From sequence record SRR31156797_6890: a DNA stretch of 29,361 nt; one strand, written 5' to 3'. Shown piece by piece: positions 1 to 9,976 of this stretch (the first letter of the stretch is position 1; each line of letters starts with the position of its first letter). Below the pieces are notes generated by a model. The model saw only the letters and a program-made list of their open reading frames with translations. It had not been told where the DNA came from and searched no databases. The position numbers and the translations under genes are program-made.

Positions 1-1760
1 AAACTCGCTTTGTTGCAAGCGCAATTACGGAGACGACCGGTATTAAAGGCACCAAACGTAATTTGTTTGGTATCTACACCGCGCTTGACCTAGTAGTTGA
101 AAAAGCCAATCTGACCCGTGACGACATTGATATCATCCGCATCAATGAAGCGACACCGGTTATTGGTGACGTAGCGATGGAAACCATCACGGAAACCATC
201 ATTACAGAGTCAACAATGATTGGACACAACCCAAAAACACCCGGTGGTCTGGGACTTGGGGTTGGCATCACCATCACCTTTAACGACTTACTTCATTGTG
301 ACAAAAGTAAGCCTTATATACTCGTCGCACCTGGCGAGTTAGATTTCGCAGATATTGCTGCCATGATTAATGCCGCTTTACAGGCTGGCTATAAAATTGA
401 AGCAGCGATCCTGCAAAAAGATGATGGCGTGTTAGTAAATAACCGCCTCAATAAAATCCTGCCGATTGTCGACGAAGTAAAGTACATCGACAGAATTCCT
501 CTCGGAATGCCAGCAGCTGTAGAAGTTGCCATGCCCGGTCAGGTGATCTCTACCCTATCCAACCCTTACGGTATTGCAACCGTATTTGAGTTGGATGCTG
601 ACGAAACCAAGAACGTCGTGCCTGTTGCCCGCGCTCTAATTGGTACACGTTCAGCGGTTGTGGTAAAAACACCTGAAGGTGATGTCAAAGCACGTACCAT
701 TCCAGCTGGGCATCTCACCTTATATTCGGAAGGCAGAACCACCACTGTCGATGTTGCTCAAGGCAGCGAAAAAATCATGCAGGCGGTGTCAGCGTGCAAA
801 TCACTCGACAATGTGACTGGCGAAGCCGGTAGCAACATTGGTGGTATGTTAGAAAATGTTCGCCAAACCATGGCTGAACTGACCAACAAACCAAGCACAG
901 AAATTTACATTCAGGACCTGTTAGCCGTCGACACTATGGTACCGATTAACGTGACGGGAGGCTTAGCTGGCGAGTTTTCTTTAGAGCATGCGGTGGGTAT
1001 TGCATCCATGGTGAAATCTGATCACCTACAGATGGCACGAATCGCTGAAGAGATTCACGGTACGCTGAATGTAAAAGTTCAAATTGGTGGGGCTGAGGCG
1101 GAAGCCGCTATATTAGGTGCGTTAACCACTCCGGGCACTCAAACGCCGCTTGCCATTCTGGATTTAGGCGCAGGTTCTACTGACGCATCCATCATTGACG
1201 GTCAAGGTCGTATGACCGCAATACACCTTGCGGGCGCAGGTGATATGGTCACTATGATCATCGCGTCAGAACTCGGGCTAGACGACACTTACTTGGCAGA
1301 AGATATTAAGAAGTACCCTCTTGCTAAAGTAGAAAGCTTGTTCCATTTACGCCACGAAGATGGCTCGGTTCAATTCTTTGATAAACCGCTGCCAAGCGAC
1401 ATATTTGCTCGAGTCGTGGTGGTGAAAGAGTCAGGATTTATCCCGTTAGGTGGAGAAGAATCCATTGAAAAAGTACGCATGATCAGACGTACGGCGAAAC
1501 AGCGGGTATTTGTCACCAACGCACTCCGTGCGCTACGGGCAGTCAGCCCTACCGGAAACATTAGAGATATACCTTTTGTTGTCCTTGTCGGTGGCTCTTC
1601 GCTTGATTTCGAAGTTCCACAATTAGTCACAGATGCTTTATCACACTACAACCTGGTTGCGGGTCGCGGTAACGTTCGCGGGACCGAAGGCCCTCGTAAC
1701 GCCGTCGCAACTGGATTGATCCTTTCCTACCACAATAGCAAAGGAGCATCAGATGCATAA
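1..1760 (+). CDS. pduG: Diol dehydratase reactivase alpha subunit (5'-truncated by window edge)
   Basis: The frame is open from base 3 (TRFVASAITETTGIKGT...). It carries the motifs INEATPVIGDVAMETITETIITESTMIGHNP, ILDLGAGSTDASII and GPRNAVATGL. Confidence 0.97.
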   Translation, partial: TRFVASAITETTGIKGTKRNLFGIYTALDLVVEKANLTRDDIDIIRINEATPVIGDVAMETITETIITESTMIGHNPKTPGGLGLGVGITITFNDLLHCDKSKPYILVAPGELDFADIAAMINAALQAGYKIEAAILQKDDGVLVNNRLNKILPIVDEVKYIDRIPLGMPAAVEVAMPGQVISTLSNPYGIATVFELDADETKNVVPVARALIGTRSAVVVKTPEGDVKARTIPAGHLTLYSEGRTTTVDVAQGSEKIMQAVSACKSLDNVTGEAGSNIGGMLENVRQTMAELTNKPSTEIYIQDLLAVDTMVPINVTGGLAGEFSLEHAVGIASMVKSDHLQMARIAEEIHGTLNVKVQIGGAEAEAAILGALTTPGTQTPLAILDLGAGSTDASIIDGQGRMTAIHLAGAGDMVTMIIASELGLDDTYLAEDIKKYPLAKVESLFHLRHEDGSVQFFDKPLPSDIFARVVVVKESGFIPLGGEESIEKVRMIRRTAKQRVFVTNALRALRAVSPTGNIRDIPFVVLVGGSSLDFEVPQLVTDALSHYNLVAGRGNVRGTEGPRNAVATGLILSYHNSKGASDA

Positions 1761-2121
1761 TCAATTACAAGAAATACCGGCGATTCTGGTTTATCTGGAT
1801 CAAGCGGAAAACGAACAGCTCAATCAGATGTTTTGGGGAATGGAAGAAGAAGGTATTCCATTCAAAACAACTGAAGCCAGAATTACTGACATAAAACAAG
1901 AAGCACATAAAGCAGCATCCCTTTCACCTCTTGCTGTAGGGATTGCATGCACCAATCAGGAAATCGTTGTGCACTCGCGCAACTTAACGCCTGAAACCCC
2001 TCTATTTCAAATTTTATTGCACAGGCAAAGCCCTGAGAATCAGTTGAACAGCCAATTACGTAATCTTGGCAGTAACGCTGCACGGCTGGTGAAAGGCTTG
2101 CCATTTAAACCGTTAACATAG
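1753..2121 (+). CDS. pduH: Diol dehydratase reactivase beta subunit
   Basis: Motifs WGMEEEGIPF, SPLAVGI and LGSNAARLVKGLPF. Overlaps the pduG stop; RBS AAGGAG. Confidence 0.95.
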   Translation: MHNQLQEIPAILVYLDQAENEQLNQMFWGMEEEGIPFKTTEARITDIKQEAHKAASLSPLAVGIACTNQEIVVHSRNLTPETPLFQILLHRQSPENQLNSQLRNLGSNAARLVKGLPFKPLT

Positions 2122-2142
2122 CGCTCAACCAAGGAGGCTCAT

Positions 2143-2730
2143 GTGAGAAAGTCATTAGGATTATTAGAAATTAAAGGCTTGGCTAGCGCTATTTTGGTTG
2201 CTGATGCTATGGCAAAAACGGCTGCGGTCACCATTGTAGGTATCGAAACCTGTAAAGGGGGCGGTTGGCAAACCATTAAAGTGGTTGGTGATGTTGCTGC
2301 AGTGCAGGCGTCCCTCTCTTCTGGCAGTGAACTGGCAAAGCACTCTAATAGTTTCGTCGCGATGAAGACACTCTCCAGACCGGATCAATCCATTATGGAT
2401 ACCTGGGGGGTTAAACCTGCTGAAAAAGCCGCAAGCATCAAGGCTCCCGTTAAAGCAGAAACCTTCATTAAAGAACCTGTGATCGAAGCGCCCATAGAAG
2501 AACCCGTTGTTTCTGAAACTCCCGATGAAGCACCCGTTACTGACTACGACATCGTCGAAGAAGAAGTGATTGCTGATAGCCAGCCTCCTGAAGATAAAGA
2601 ACCAGAGAGCGTTGAAGAAGACGAACCTGAAGCAGCAGAAGCGACCTGCAACTTGTGTGGCGACCCACTTTGCCCTCGCGCTAAAGGCGAACCACATACC
2701 AAGTGCATTCATAATACAAAGGTGAAATAA
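2143..2730 (+). CDS. pduK: BMC-H shell protein with acidic linker and C-terminal Cys-rich domain (PduK-like)
   Basis: N-terminal BMC domain (SLGLLEIKGLASAILVADAMAK...GDVAAV) and C-terminal CNLCGDPLCPRAKGEPHTKCIH. GTG start after AAGGAGG. Confidence 0.9.
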   Translation: MRKSLGLLEIKGLASAILVADAMAKTAAVTIVGIETCKGGGWQTIKVVGDVAAVQASLSSGSELAKHSNSFVAMKTLSRPDQSIMDTWGVKPAEKAASIKAPVKAETFIKEPVIEAPIEEPVVSETPDEAPVTDYDIVEEEVIADSQPPEDKEPESVEEDEPEAAEATCNLCGDPLCPRAKGEPHTKCIHNTKVK

Positions 2731-2731
2731 C

Positions 2732-3367
2732 GTGAATATTGGTGAAGTTAAACAAGCCGTTTGTAACGTGTTGTCAGAAATGCGGGAAAGACCAATTCCT
2801 GTCGGTATATCAAACCGTCACTTACATCTTTGCCAGCGCGATTACGACACTTTGTTCCCAAATAAAGCAATGTCAGTAAAAAAAGAACTAAAACAGCCGG
2901 GTCAATACGCAGCAGACCAAACTGTTACTCTGGTTGGGCCTAAAGGAAAACTAGAACGCGTGCGTATTCTCGGCCCTGTCAGAAGCAAAACCCAGGTGGA
3001 AATCTCTAAAACAGATGCACGAACTTTGGGCATTCCAGCCCCAATTCGCTTATCCGGAGACCTTAAAGAAACTCCCGGAATCAAATTAGTCAGCGAAATG
3101 GGCGAAGTCTCTTTGTACGAAGGGGTTATCGTCGCGTTAAGACATGTCCATATGTCACCGCTGGATGCATTACTATTCGGTCTGAAGCATGGCGATGCTG
3201 TCTCTATAGAAATACTGGGAACACCACGCAAAACCGTATTTGAAGATGTCTCTATCCGCGTATCACCAGACATGGTTTTAGAAATGCACTTGGATACAGA
3301 TGAAGCCAATGCGGCCGATGCTGATAATCCAAATGCTTACGCAAAAATTTTGAAGGTGTCACCATGA
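2732..3367 (+). CDS. pduL: Phosphate propanoyltransferase
   Basis: Motifs IPVGISNRHLHL, LKQPGQYAA, QVEISKTDARTLG, RHVHMSP and MHLDTDEANAA. Confidence 0.97.
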   Translation: MNIGEVKQAVCNVLSEMRERPIPVGISNRHLHLCQRDYDTLFPNKAMSVKKELKQPGQYAADQTVTLVGPKGKLERVRILGPVRSKTQVEISKTDARTLGIPAPIRLSGDLKETPGIKLVSEMGEVSLYEGVIVALRHVHMSPLDALLFGLKHGDAVSIEILGTPRKTVFEDVSIRVSPDMVLEMHLDTDEANAADADNPNAYAKILKVSP

Positions 3368-3879
3368 TTGAACTGGATGACAAAATCATCGCCACTATTG
3401 TAGAGCGCATCTCCGCGATACTTTGTAATCGTGCACATGCGGTTTATCACACCACTCTCGCCAACCTGTCTTCACCGGTTGACCTTAGTGTGTTAGCCAG
3501 TCACGGACAAATGACGGTTGAAGCAACAGATGCAAACAGCATTCTTGCTCTCGCGCGTTGTCAGACTGAACAACCACAAATTAAACATTTATTTGAAGTT
3601 GTTAGCTTCGGCGTGTCGGTAACTTTAGTCATCCACCCTTCTCTATGTTCAATGTTACCTGTTAAGGCACTTTCGGGCTTGCCATTCCATTGGCAAACCA
3701 AAGATAACCAGAAAGTCGTGCTATGGGGTCAGACCGTATTGGCCTACGCCGATATTTGCCAGCTAGAAAATGCGGTAGTGGTTACCAGACCAAACACCAT
3801 TGTTACCGCAATGGCAAAAGACGTAATGACCAAAAATCACATCATTTGGTCCTGTTCGGAGGACACATTATGGATTTAG
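3364..3879 (+). CDS. pduM: Microcompartment structural protein PduM-like
   Basis: Lies between pduL and pduN with ATGA overlap. N-terminal amphipathic helix (IIATIVERI) and C-terminal IVTAMAKD. Confidence 0.8.
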   Translation: MIELDDKIIATIVERISAILCNRAHAVYHTTLANLSSPVDLSVLASHGQMTVEATDANSILALARCQTEQPQIKHLFEVVSFGVSVTLVIHPSLCSMLPVKALSGLPFHWQTKDNQKVVLWGQTVLAYADICQLENAVVVTRPNTIVTAMAKDVMTKNHIIWSCSEDTLWI

Positions 3880-4154
3880 CAAAAGTCGTCGGATCGGTTG
3901 TTTCGACACAAAAATCAGAAAGTTTGATCGGCCGGAAATTATTACTTATACAACCCGTTGATATTGATGGTCAAACGCCCAAAATGCCGGGTTTTCCGCC
4001 TGAAGTCGCCGTGGATTGTGTTGGTGCGGGTGACGGTGAATTTGTTCTGGTAACCAGAGGATCTTCTGCCAGAGCTTGCCTGAACAATGACCACTCTGCC
4101 GCTGACTTATGTGTCGTTGCAATTTTAGACTCAATGTCCGTATCTAATAAATAA
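3870..4154 (+). CDS. pduN: BMC vertex pentamer (EutN/CcmL family)
   Basis: MDLAKVVGSVVSTQKSESLIGRKLL...VAVDCVGAGDGEFVLVTRGSSAR. The start is ATG 3870 after GGAGG, not 3723. Confidence 0.96.
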   Translation: MDLAKVVGSVVSTQKSESLIGRKLLLIQPVDIDGQTPKMPGFPPEVAVDCVGAGDGEFVLVTRGSSARACLNNDHSAADLCVVAILDSMSVSNK

Positions 4155-4165
4155 GGAGCAGTCAC

Positions 4166-5155
4166 GTGGGCATCTATACAAAAACCGGTGACAAAGGCAC
4201 AACAGCGCTCGTTGGTGGTGTGCGTATATCTAAAACGGACATACAGGTCGAAGCTTACGGCACAATTGATGAGCTTAATTCACACATCAGTGTGGCTCAG
4301 AAAAGTGTCACCGTTGAAAGTACCAAGCAGTTACTGGATAGCATTCAATATCAATTGTTTTTCATTGGCGCTGAATTAGCGTCACCCGAGCTGCTTGTAA
4401 AGTCTGATAACCAACAGCAGGTTGGCGAAGCAGACATCAACGCACTGGAAAAAGCGATTGATGATGCGATGAGTAAAGTGCCAGCCCTTCACAGCTTTGT
4501 ACTACCCGGAAGTTCCGCTTCGGGCAGCCAAATGCACCTGGCTCGTTCTGTATGCCGCCGTGCAGAGCGCCGAGTACTGGCTGTTAATGAATTGAAGCCC
4601 GTTCGTCCTGAGTTAATGAAATATTTAAATCGATTATCCGATTCGCTGTACGCACTTGCTCGACTTGAAGATCATGAAAACCAAATCAAAACCATCATTA
4701 ACAAAGTCGCGCAACGTTACCAATCACTGTTGCCAGCCACAAATAACAATGCCCAGCAGGATGCCGCAACCCAAACCGCTTTGAAACTTTTAAATCTGGC
4801 CATTGAAGAAGCAAAACAGATCGGCATCCCAATCGTATTCGCTCTTGTCGATGGTCATGGGAACGCAATTTTGAATTACCGCATGCCAAACGCACTGCTT
4901 GTCAGCAGTGACCTCGCGGTGAAAAAAGCCTATACCGCCGTGGCTCTAAAAATGGCGACTCATGAATTACATAGTCTTGTTCAACCTGGTCAGCCCCTTT
5001 ACCAAATAGAAGCCAGCTGTAGTGATCAGTTGGTCTCGTTTGGTGGTGGTTACCCAATTTTCGCCGACGGCAAAATCATTGGCGGTATCGGTATTAGTGG
5101 TGGATCAGTTGAAGAAGATATGCAAATAGCGCAAGCCGCATTAAAAGGACTCTGA
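4166..5155 (+). CDS. pduO: ATP:cob(I)alamin adenosyltransferase with C-terminal GlcG-like heme-binding domain
   Basis: Motifs IYTKTGDKGTT, RSVCRRAER and YLNRLSD. C-terminal KKAYTA...FGGGYPI...IGGIGISGGSVEEDMQIA. Confidence 0.97.
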   Translation: MGIYTKTGDKGTTALVGGVRISKTDIQVEAYGTIDELNSHISVAQKSVTVESTKQLLDSIQYQLFFIGAELASPELLVKSDNQQQVGEADINALEKAIDDAMSKVPALHSFVLPGSSASGSQMHLARSVCRRAERRVLAVNELKPVRPELMKYLNRLSDSLYALARLEDHENQIKTIINKVAQRYQSLLPATNNNAQQDAATQTALKLLNLAIEEAKQIGIPIVFALVDGHGNAILNYRMPNALLVSSDLAVKKAYTAVALKMATHELHSLVQPGQPLYQIEASCSDQLVSFGGGYPIFADGKIIGGIGISGGSVEEDMQIAQAALKGL

Positions 5156-5164
5156 GGAATCATT

Positions 5165-6568
5165 ATGAACAGCACTGAACTTGAAGGAATCATCCGTACA
5201 ATCCTGACTGAAAAGCTTGCTAGTGACACTGGTACATCGGCTCCAGAAGCGCCGAAAAGCATTGCGATATTTGATGATGTCGATAGCGCAATTAAAGCCG
5301 CGAATGAAGCTTACTTGCGTTACCACGAACTGCCACTCAAATGTCGTAGCGCTATTATCGAAACATTACGTAATGAGTTGGAAGCGGATATCCCTTACTT
5401 AGCCGAAGAAGCGGTAAAAGAGACAGGTATGGGTAATGTTGGCCATAAAGTGCTTAAAAACAAGCTCGCATTGGAAAAAACACCTGGGATTGAAGACTTA
5501 AAAACCACGGCATTAACCGGTGATGACGGAATGGTTCTTTTTGAATATTCGCCATTCGGCGTTATTGGATCTATCACACCGAGTACCAACCCAACTGAAA
5601 CCATCATCAACAACAGTATCAGTATGCTTGCTGCGGGTAACGCAATTTACTTTAGCCCTCACCCTGGTGCGAAAAATCTGTCTATTTGGCTGATTAAGCG
5701 GATTGAAAATCTAATCTACAAAACGTGTGGCGTACATAACCTTGTCGTCACAGTATCAACACCAAGCTTTGAAAACACACAACTTATGATGGAACATCCA
5801 AACATTGCTGTGTTAGCCATTACCGGCGGCCCTGCTATCGTGAGTATGGGACTAAAAAGCGGTAAGAAAACCATTGGCGCCGGAGCCGGTAACCCTCCTT
5901 GCTTAGTTGACGAAACTGCCGAAATTACTAAAGCTGCGCAAGACATCGTCTCCGGTGCTTCCCTAGACAACAACATTCCATGTATTGCTGAAAAAGCGGT
6001 GGTTGTCGTCAATCAAGTTGCGGACGAATTGATCACCCAAATGGTTGATTATGGTGCTCTGCTGATTCGTTCCGCAGAAGATGTTAAAGCATTAAAAGCG
6101 GCGTGCGTTGTTGATGGTGGAATCAATAAAAAACTGATCGGCAAAAGCACAGCAACCATTCTTGAAACAGCTGGCCTTCAGGTGCCTTTAAAAGAACCGA
6201 AACTGATCATCGTGGAAACGCCAGAAGATGATCCTTTGGTGATGTTAGAGCAGCTTATGCCGGTATTACCGATTGTACGTGTTAAGAACTTTGAGGAAGC
6301 GCTTCGCGTATCAATCAAAGTCGAAGATGGTCTGCACCATACTGCGATAATGCACTCGCAAAATGTGTCGCGACTCAACAAAGTTGCTCAGCTTATGCAA
6401 ACGTCTATTTTCGTTAAGAACGGACCTTCTTATGCGGGAATTGGTTTTGGTGCTGAAGGCTTTAATACCTTTACGATTGCTACGCCTACCGGTGAAGGCA
6501 CAACGTCAGCGAGAACTTTCTGTCGCTTAAGACGCTGTACTCTCACTAACGGCTTTTCAATCCGTTAA
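5165..6568 (+). CDS. pduP: CoA-acylating propionaldehyde dehydrogenase
   Basis: Motifs ITPSTNPTET, GAGAGNPP, catalytic NNIPCIAEK and TFTIATPTGEG. N-terminal encapsulation-type helix MNSTELEGIIRTILTEKL. Confidence 0.96.
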   Translation: MNSTELEGIIRTILTEKLASDTGTSAPEAPKSIAIFDDVDSAIKAANEAYLRYHELPLKCRSAIIETLRNELEADIPYLAEEAVKETGMGNVGHKVLKNKLALEKTPGIEDLKTTALTGDDGMVLFEYSPFGVIGSITPSTNPTETIINNSISMLAAGNAIYFSPHPGAKNLSIWLIKRIENLIYKTCGVHNLVVTVSTPSFENTQLMMEHPNIAVLAITGGPAIVSMGLKSGKKTIGAGAGNPPCLVDETAEITKAAQDIVSGASLDNNIPCIAEKAVVVVNQVADELITQMVDYGALLIRSAEDVKALKAACVVDGGINKKLIGKSTATILETAGLQVPLKEPKLIIVETPEDDPLVMLEQLMPVLPIVRVKNFEEALRVSIKVEDGLHHTAIMHSQNVSRLNKVAQLMQTSIFVKNGPSYAGIGFGAEGFNTFTIATPTGEGTTSARTFCRLRRCTLTNGFSIR

Positions 6569-6583
6569 TTTGGTGGCTGAACC

Positions 6584-7696
6584 ATGAAACGTTTTTCAAT
6601 ATCAACAGCTATCTTTAGTGGCGAAAATGCACTCAAACGTCTGAACAAATTTCAAAATATGAGAGTTTGGATCGTATGTGATGCCTTTCTGGCGAAAGGC
6701 GAACCGATAGAGCGCATTAAAGCCGAACTAAAAGGTAACGACATCCGAGTTTACACCGATATACAACCGGATCCGGATGTAAAAACGGTAGTGGCCGGTA
6801 TGAAGGATCTCATCGAATTCAAACCGGATATCGTTATCGGTTTCGGTGGAGGTTCCGCCATCGACGCCGCTAAAGCAATGGTCTTTTTTGCGACCAAATT
6901 TAATATCCACCTCGAGCGTTGTATTGCTATCCCTACCACGAGCGGTACGGGCTCTGAGGTGACCAATGCCACGGTGATTACCGACGAAGGCAAAGGGATT
7001 AAATATCCGATTTTTGATGCCAGTATCTATCCTGACGAAGCGATTCTGGAGCCTAAATTCGTTGTTACCGTTCCTCCTCACATTACGGCCAACACCGGGA
7101 TGGACGTTCTTACTCATGCGATTGAAGCTTATGTTTCTACCACAGCAAACGACTTCAGTGATGCGCTGGCAGAAAAATCCGTGGCTTTGGTTTTTGAATA
7201 TCTGCCAACCGCAGTATCAAAAGGCGATTGCGAAAAAACACGTGAAAAAATGCATAACGCTTCATGTATGGCTGGCATGGCGTTTAGTCAATCTGGTTTG
7301 GGAATCAACCATGCGATTGCCCACCAGTTGGGGGGCAAATTTCACGTTGCCCACGGTTTAGCCAATGCGCTTTTGCTACCGCACGTTATCCGCTTCAATG
7401 CCAAAAACGATATTCGAGCTCGCAAACGCTATGCACGAATTGCAAAAGCATGTCGGTTCTGCCATCCGGATGCGTCGCCTGAAGCGGGTGTTAATCAACT
7501 AATTCATAATATTAAGCGCCTGCAGCAAGAAGTAAAAATTGCGACGTCATTACGTGCGCTAAAAATCACTCGTAAAGACGTGTTGGCTCAGATGGATTCT
7601 CTGGTGGAATCTACCCTGCAAGATTCCACTATGACAACCACACCATTTAAAGCCAATAGCCTACAGGTACGACAAATCATCGAGGCCCTACTATGA
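6584..7696 (+). CDS. pduQ: Iron-containing 1-propanol dehydrogenase
   Basis: Motifs GGGSAIDAAK, IPTTSGTGSEVT, DVLTHAIE, HAIAH and HGLANA. Confidence 0.95.
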   Translation: MKRFSISTAIFSGENALKRLNKFQNMRVWIVCDAFLAKGEPIERIKAELKGNDIRVYTDIQPDPDVKTVVAGMKDLIEFKPDIVIGFGGGSAIDAAKAMVFFATKFNIHLERCIAIPTTSGTGSEVTNATVITDEGKGIKYPIFDASIYPDEAILEPKFVVTVPPHITANTGMDVLTHAIEAYVSTTANDFSDALAEKSVALVFEYLPTAVSKGDCEKTREKMHNASCMAGMAFSQSGLGINHAIAHQLGGKFHVAHGLANALLLPHVIRFNAKNDIRARKRYARIAKACRFCHPDASPEAGVNQLIHNIKRLQQEVKIATSLRALKITRKDVLAQMDSLVESTLQDSTMTTTPFKANSLQVRQIIEALL

Positions 7697-9057
7697 CAGT
7701 AACAATGGAAGCGACAGTACGAGAATTAAAAGCCGTTTCTCCAGAGCAAATCGTTGATATCGCACGCGAGTCTGGCATCGTCGGTGCGGGTGGTGCTGGC
7801 TTTCCTACCTATGTAAAGTTGCAATCTAAGGCGGAAATATTTTTAGTTAACGCTGCCGAATGTGAACCGATGTTAAAGGTCGATCAACAACTGATGGTCA
7901 GCGAGGCTGAATACCTGATTCAGGGTATTCGCTACGGCATGAAAGCAACCTCAGCCAAAGAGGGAATCATTGCTCTAAAAGCCAAATACAAAAAGGCCAT
8001 TGAAACCCTCACGCCTCTATTGCCAAGCGATATTCGCATCCACATTCTGCCAGATGTGTATCCAGCAGGTGATGAGGTTATCACGATATGGCTAGCAACC
8101 GGACGCCGCGTTCCACCAGCACAGATACCCATCAGCATTGGCGTTGTGGTCAACAATGTTCAAACCTTAATCAATCTCGCTAAAGCGATAGATGAACAAC
8201 AACCAGTCACCCATCGCACGCTGACCATCAACGGCGCAGTAAACAAGCCAATGACGTTGACCGTTCCTCTGGGCACTAAAATTGCTGAACTCATCGAGCT
8301 TTGTGGCGGTTGTACTGTCGACAACCCAGAATTTATCAACGGCGGTCCTATGATGGGCAAATATCTCCCTGATATTAATGCCCCAGTCACCAAAACGACC
8401 GGTGGTATTCTCGTGTTTCCTAAGGAACACTTGCTTATTCAGCGCCGATTAAAAACCGATGAGCAAATCATTGCGATGGCAAAAACAGTATGTGAGCAAT
8501 GCCGCTTATGTACTGACTTATGTCCTCGTCACATCATTGGCCACGAACTTTCACCCCATGAACTCGTAAAATCGATGAGTTACAAACAGTTCGCTAAACC
8601 TTCAACACTGACTTCAGCGCTCACTTGTTCTGAGTGCAGCGTATGTGAAAGTTACGCGTGTCCTGTGGAAATCTCACCAATGCGTATCAACCAGATTCTT
8701 AAAGGTGAACTGCGCGCGGCTAACGCCAAATATGAAGGGGAAATCGAACCTCAGGATCCTATGGCAGAACACCGTTTGGTCCCTATCACACGATTGATTA
8801 AACGTCTTAACTTACTTCCTTATTACCATGAAGCGCCAATGGTTGATCCCGAGTGGTCTCCTGAAATCGTTTCAATCCCACTGCAACAACATATTGGTGC
8901 CCCTTCTATCCCTGTTGTTAGCGTTGGTGATCATGTTAATGAGGGAGATTGCATTGCCAAAGCAGCTCCAGACGCGCTCAGTGTTGCTCAGCATGCAAGT
9001 ATCACGGGCACCATTACAGAAATTAGTCATCAAGCTATAACCATGCGTCGAGGATAA
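7693..9057 (+). CDS. pduS: Cobalamin reductase (RnfC-like, two 4Fe-4S motifs)
   Basis: Motifs GIVGAGGAGFPTYVKL, NAAECEP, CEQCRLCTDLCP, CSECSVCESYACP and PLQQHIGAP. Confidence 0.95.
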   Translation: MTVTMEATVRELKAVSPEQIVDIARESGIVGAGGAGFPTYVKLQSKAEIFLVNAAECEPMLKVDQQLMVSEAEYLIQGIRYGMKATSAKEGIIALKAKYKKAIETLTPLLPSDIRIHILPDVYPAGDEVITIWLATGRRVPPAQIPISIGVVVNNVQTLINLAKAIDEQQPVTHRTLTINGAVNKPMTLTVPLGTKIAELIELCGGCTVDNPEFINGGPMMGKYLPDINAPVTKTTGGILVFPKEHLLIQRRLKTDEQIIAMAKTVCEQCRLCTDLCPRHIIGHELSPHELVKSMSYKQFAKPSTLTSALTCSECSVCESYACPVEISPMRINQILKGELRAANAKYEGEIEPQDPMAEHRLVPITRLIKRLNLLPYYHEAPMVDPEWSPEIVSIPLQQHIGAPSIPVVSVGDHVNEGDCIAKAAPDALSVAQHASITGTITEISHQAITMRRG

Positions 9058-9060
9058 GAT

Positions 9061-9609
9061 ATGCATCATGCAATTGGATTAGTCGAACTCAACAGTATCG
9101 CGAAAGGAATCGAAGTTACCGATACGATGTTAAAAAGTGCAAATGTAGAACTTTTATCCGCGAAGACCATCTGTCCGGGGAAATACATCGTCATGGTTGG
9201 CGGCGAAATCGCAGCGGTAAAACAGTCGGTAACAAACGGCGAACATCAAGGTGAACATATGGCGATAGACAGCTTTATTTTGCCCAATGTCCACTCATCA
9301 ATATTGCCAGCTCTTAGCGGTGTCACCGTCGCTGAGCACCGCCAATCAATCGGTGTGGTAGAGACATACAGTGTCGCAACCTGTATCGAAGCGGCGGATG
9401 CGGCAATTAAAGCGTCCAATATTCAGCTATTACGTATTCATATGGCCTTTGGTATCGGCGGTAAGTGTTATTTCGTGGTCAATGGTGATGTTTCAGACGT
9501 GCAAACCGCAGTCACAGTTGCCAGCCAACGCGCTGGCGATAAAGGCCTATTGGTTCACGGTTCAGTTATTGCTAAACCACACGCCGAACTATGGCGTCAG
9601 CTAATGTAA
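9061..9609 (+). CDS. pduT: Tandem BMC-domain shell protein
   Basis: Two BMC domains; the pore Cys is retained in [15 protein letters not shown]. Confidence 0.95.
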   Translation: MHHAIGLVELNSIAKGIEVTDTMLKSANVELLSAKTICPGKYIVMVGGEIAAVKQSVTNGEHQGEHMAIDSFILPNVHSSILPALSGVTVAEHRQSIGVVETYSVATCIEAADAAIKASNIQLLRIHMAFGIGGKCYFVVNGDVSDVQTAVTVASQRAGDKGLLVHGSVIAKPHAELWRQLM

Positions 9610-9619
9610 CGGGGTGTTT

Positions 9620-9973
9620 ATGTTTGATAACTTAGAAAAAAAAGAACGTGTTATTCAGGAATATGTTCCCGGAAAGCAAGTAACATTGGCGCATTTGATC
9701 GCCAATCCAAATAAAGCCGTATATAAAAAATTAGGCTTAAACGAAGCTGCAAGCGCGATTGGTATATTAACCATAACGCCAAGTGAAGGTGCGATCATTG
9801 CCAGCGATGTTACAACCAAATCCGGTAACGTTGAAATTGGCTTTATCGACCGTTTTACTGGTGCTGTCGTCATTACCGGAGATGTTTCCGCTGTTGAATA
9901 CGCGCTTAAACAAGTGATTCAGGTTTTAAGTACTCAGCTCAAATTTACCCCTTGCGACATAACCAGGACGTAG
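9620..9973 (+). CDS. pduU: Circularly permuted BMC shell protein (PduU/EutS)
   Basis: [22 protein letters not shown]...[14 protein letters not shown] 9620 is preferred because GGGGTG at 9611-9616 is RBS-like. Confidence 0.95.
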   Translation: MFDNLEKKERVIQEYVPGKQVTLAHLIANPNKAVYKKLGLNEAASAIGILTITPSEGAIIASDVTTKSGNVEIGFIDRFTGAVVITGDVSAVEYALKQVIQVLSTQLKFTPCDITRT

Positions 9974-9976
9974 ACG

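Noticed and set aside
3723..3869. N-terminal extension of pduN in the ORF track
   Set aside because: It overlaps pduM; family similarity and the GGAGG RBS point to 3870.
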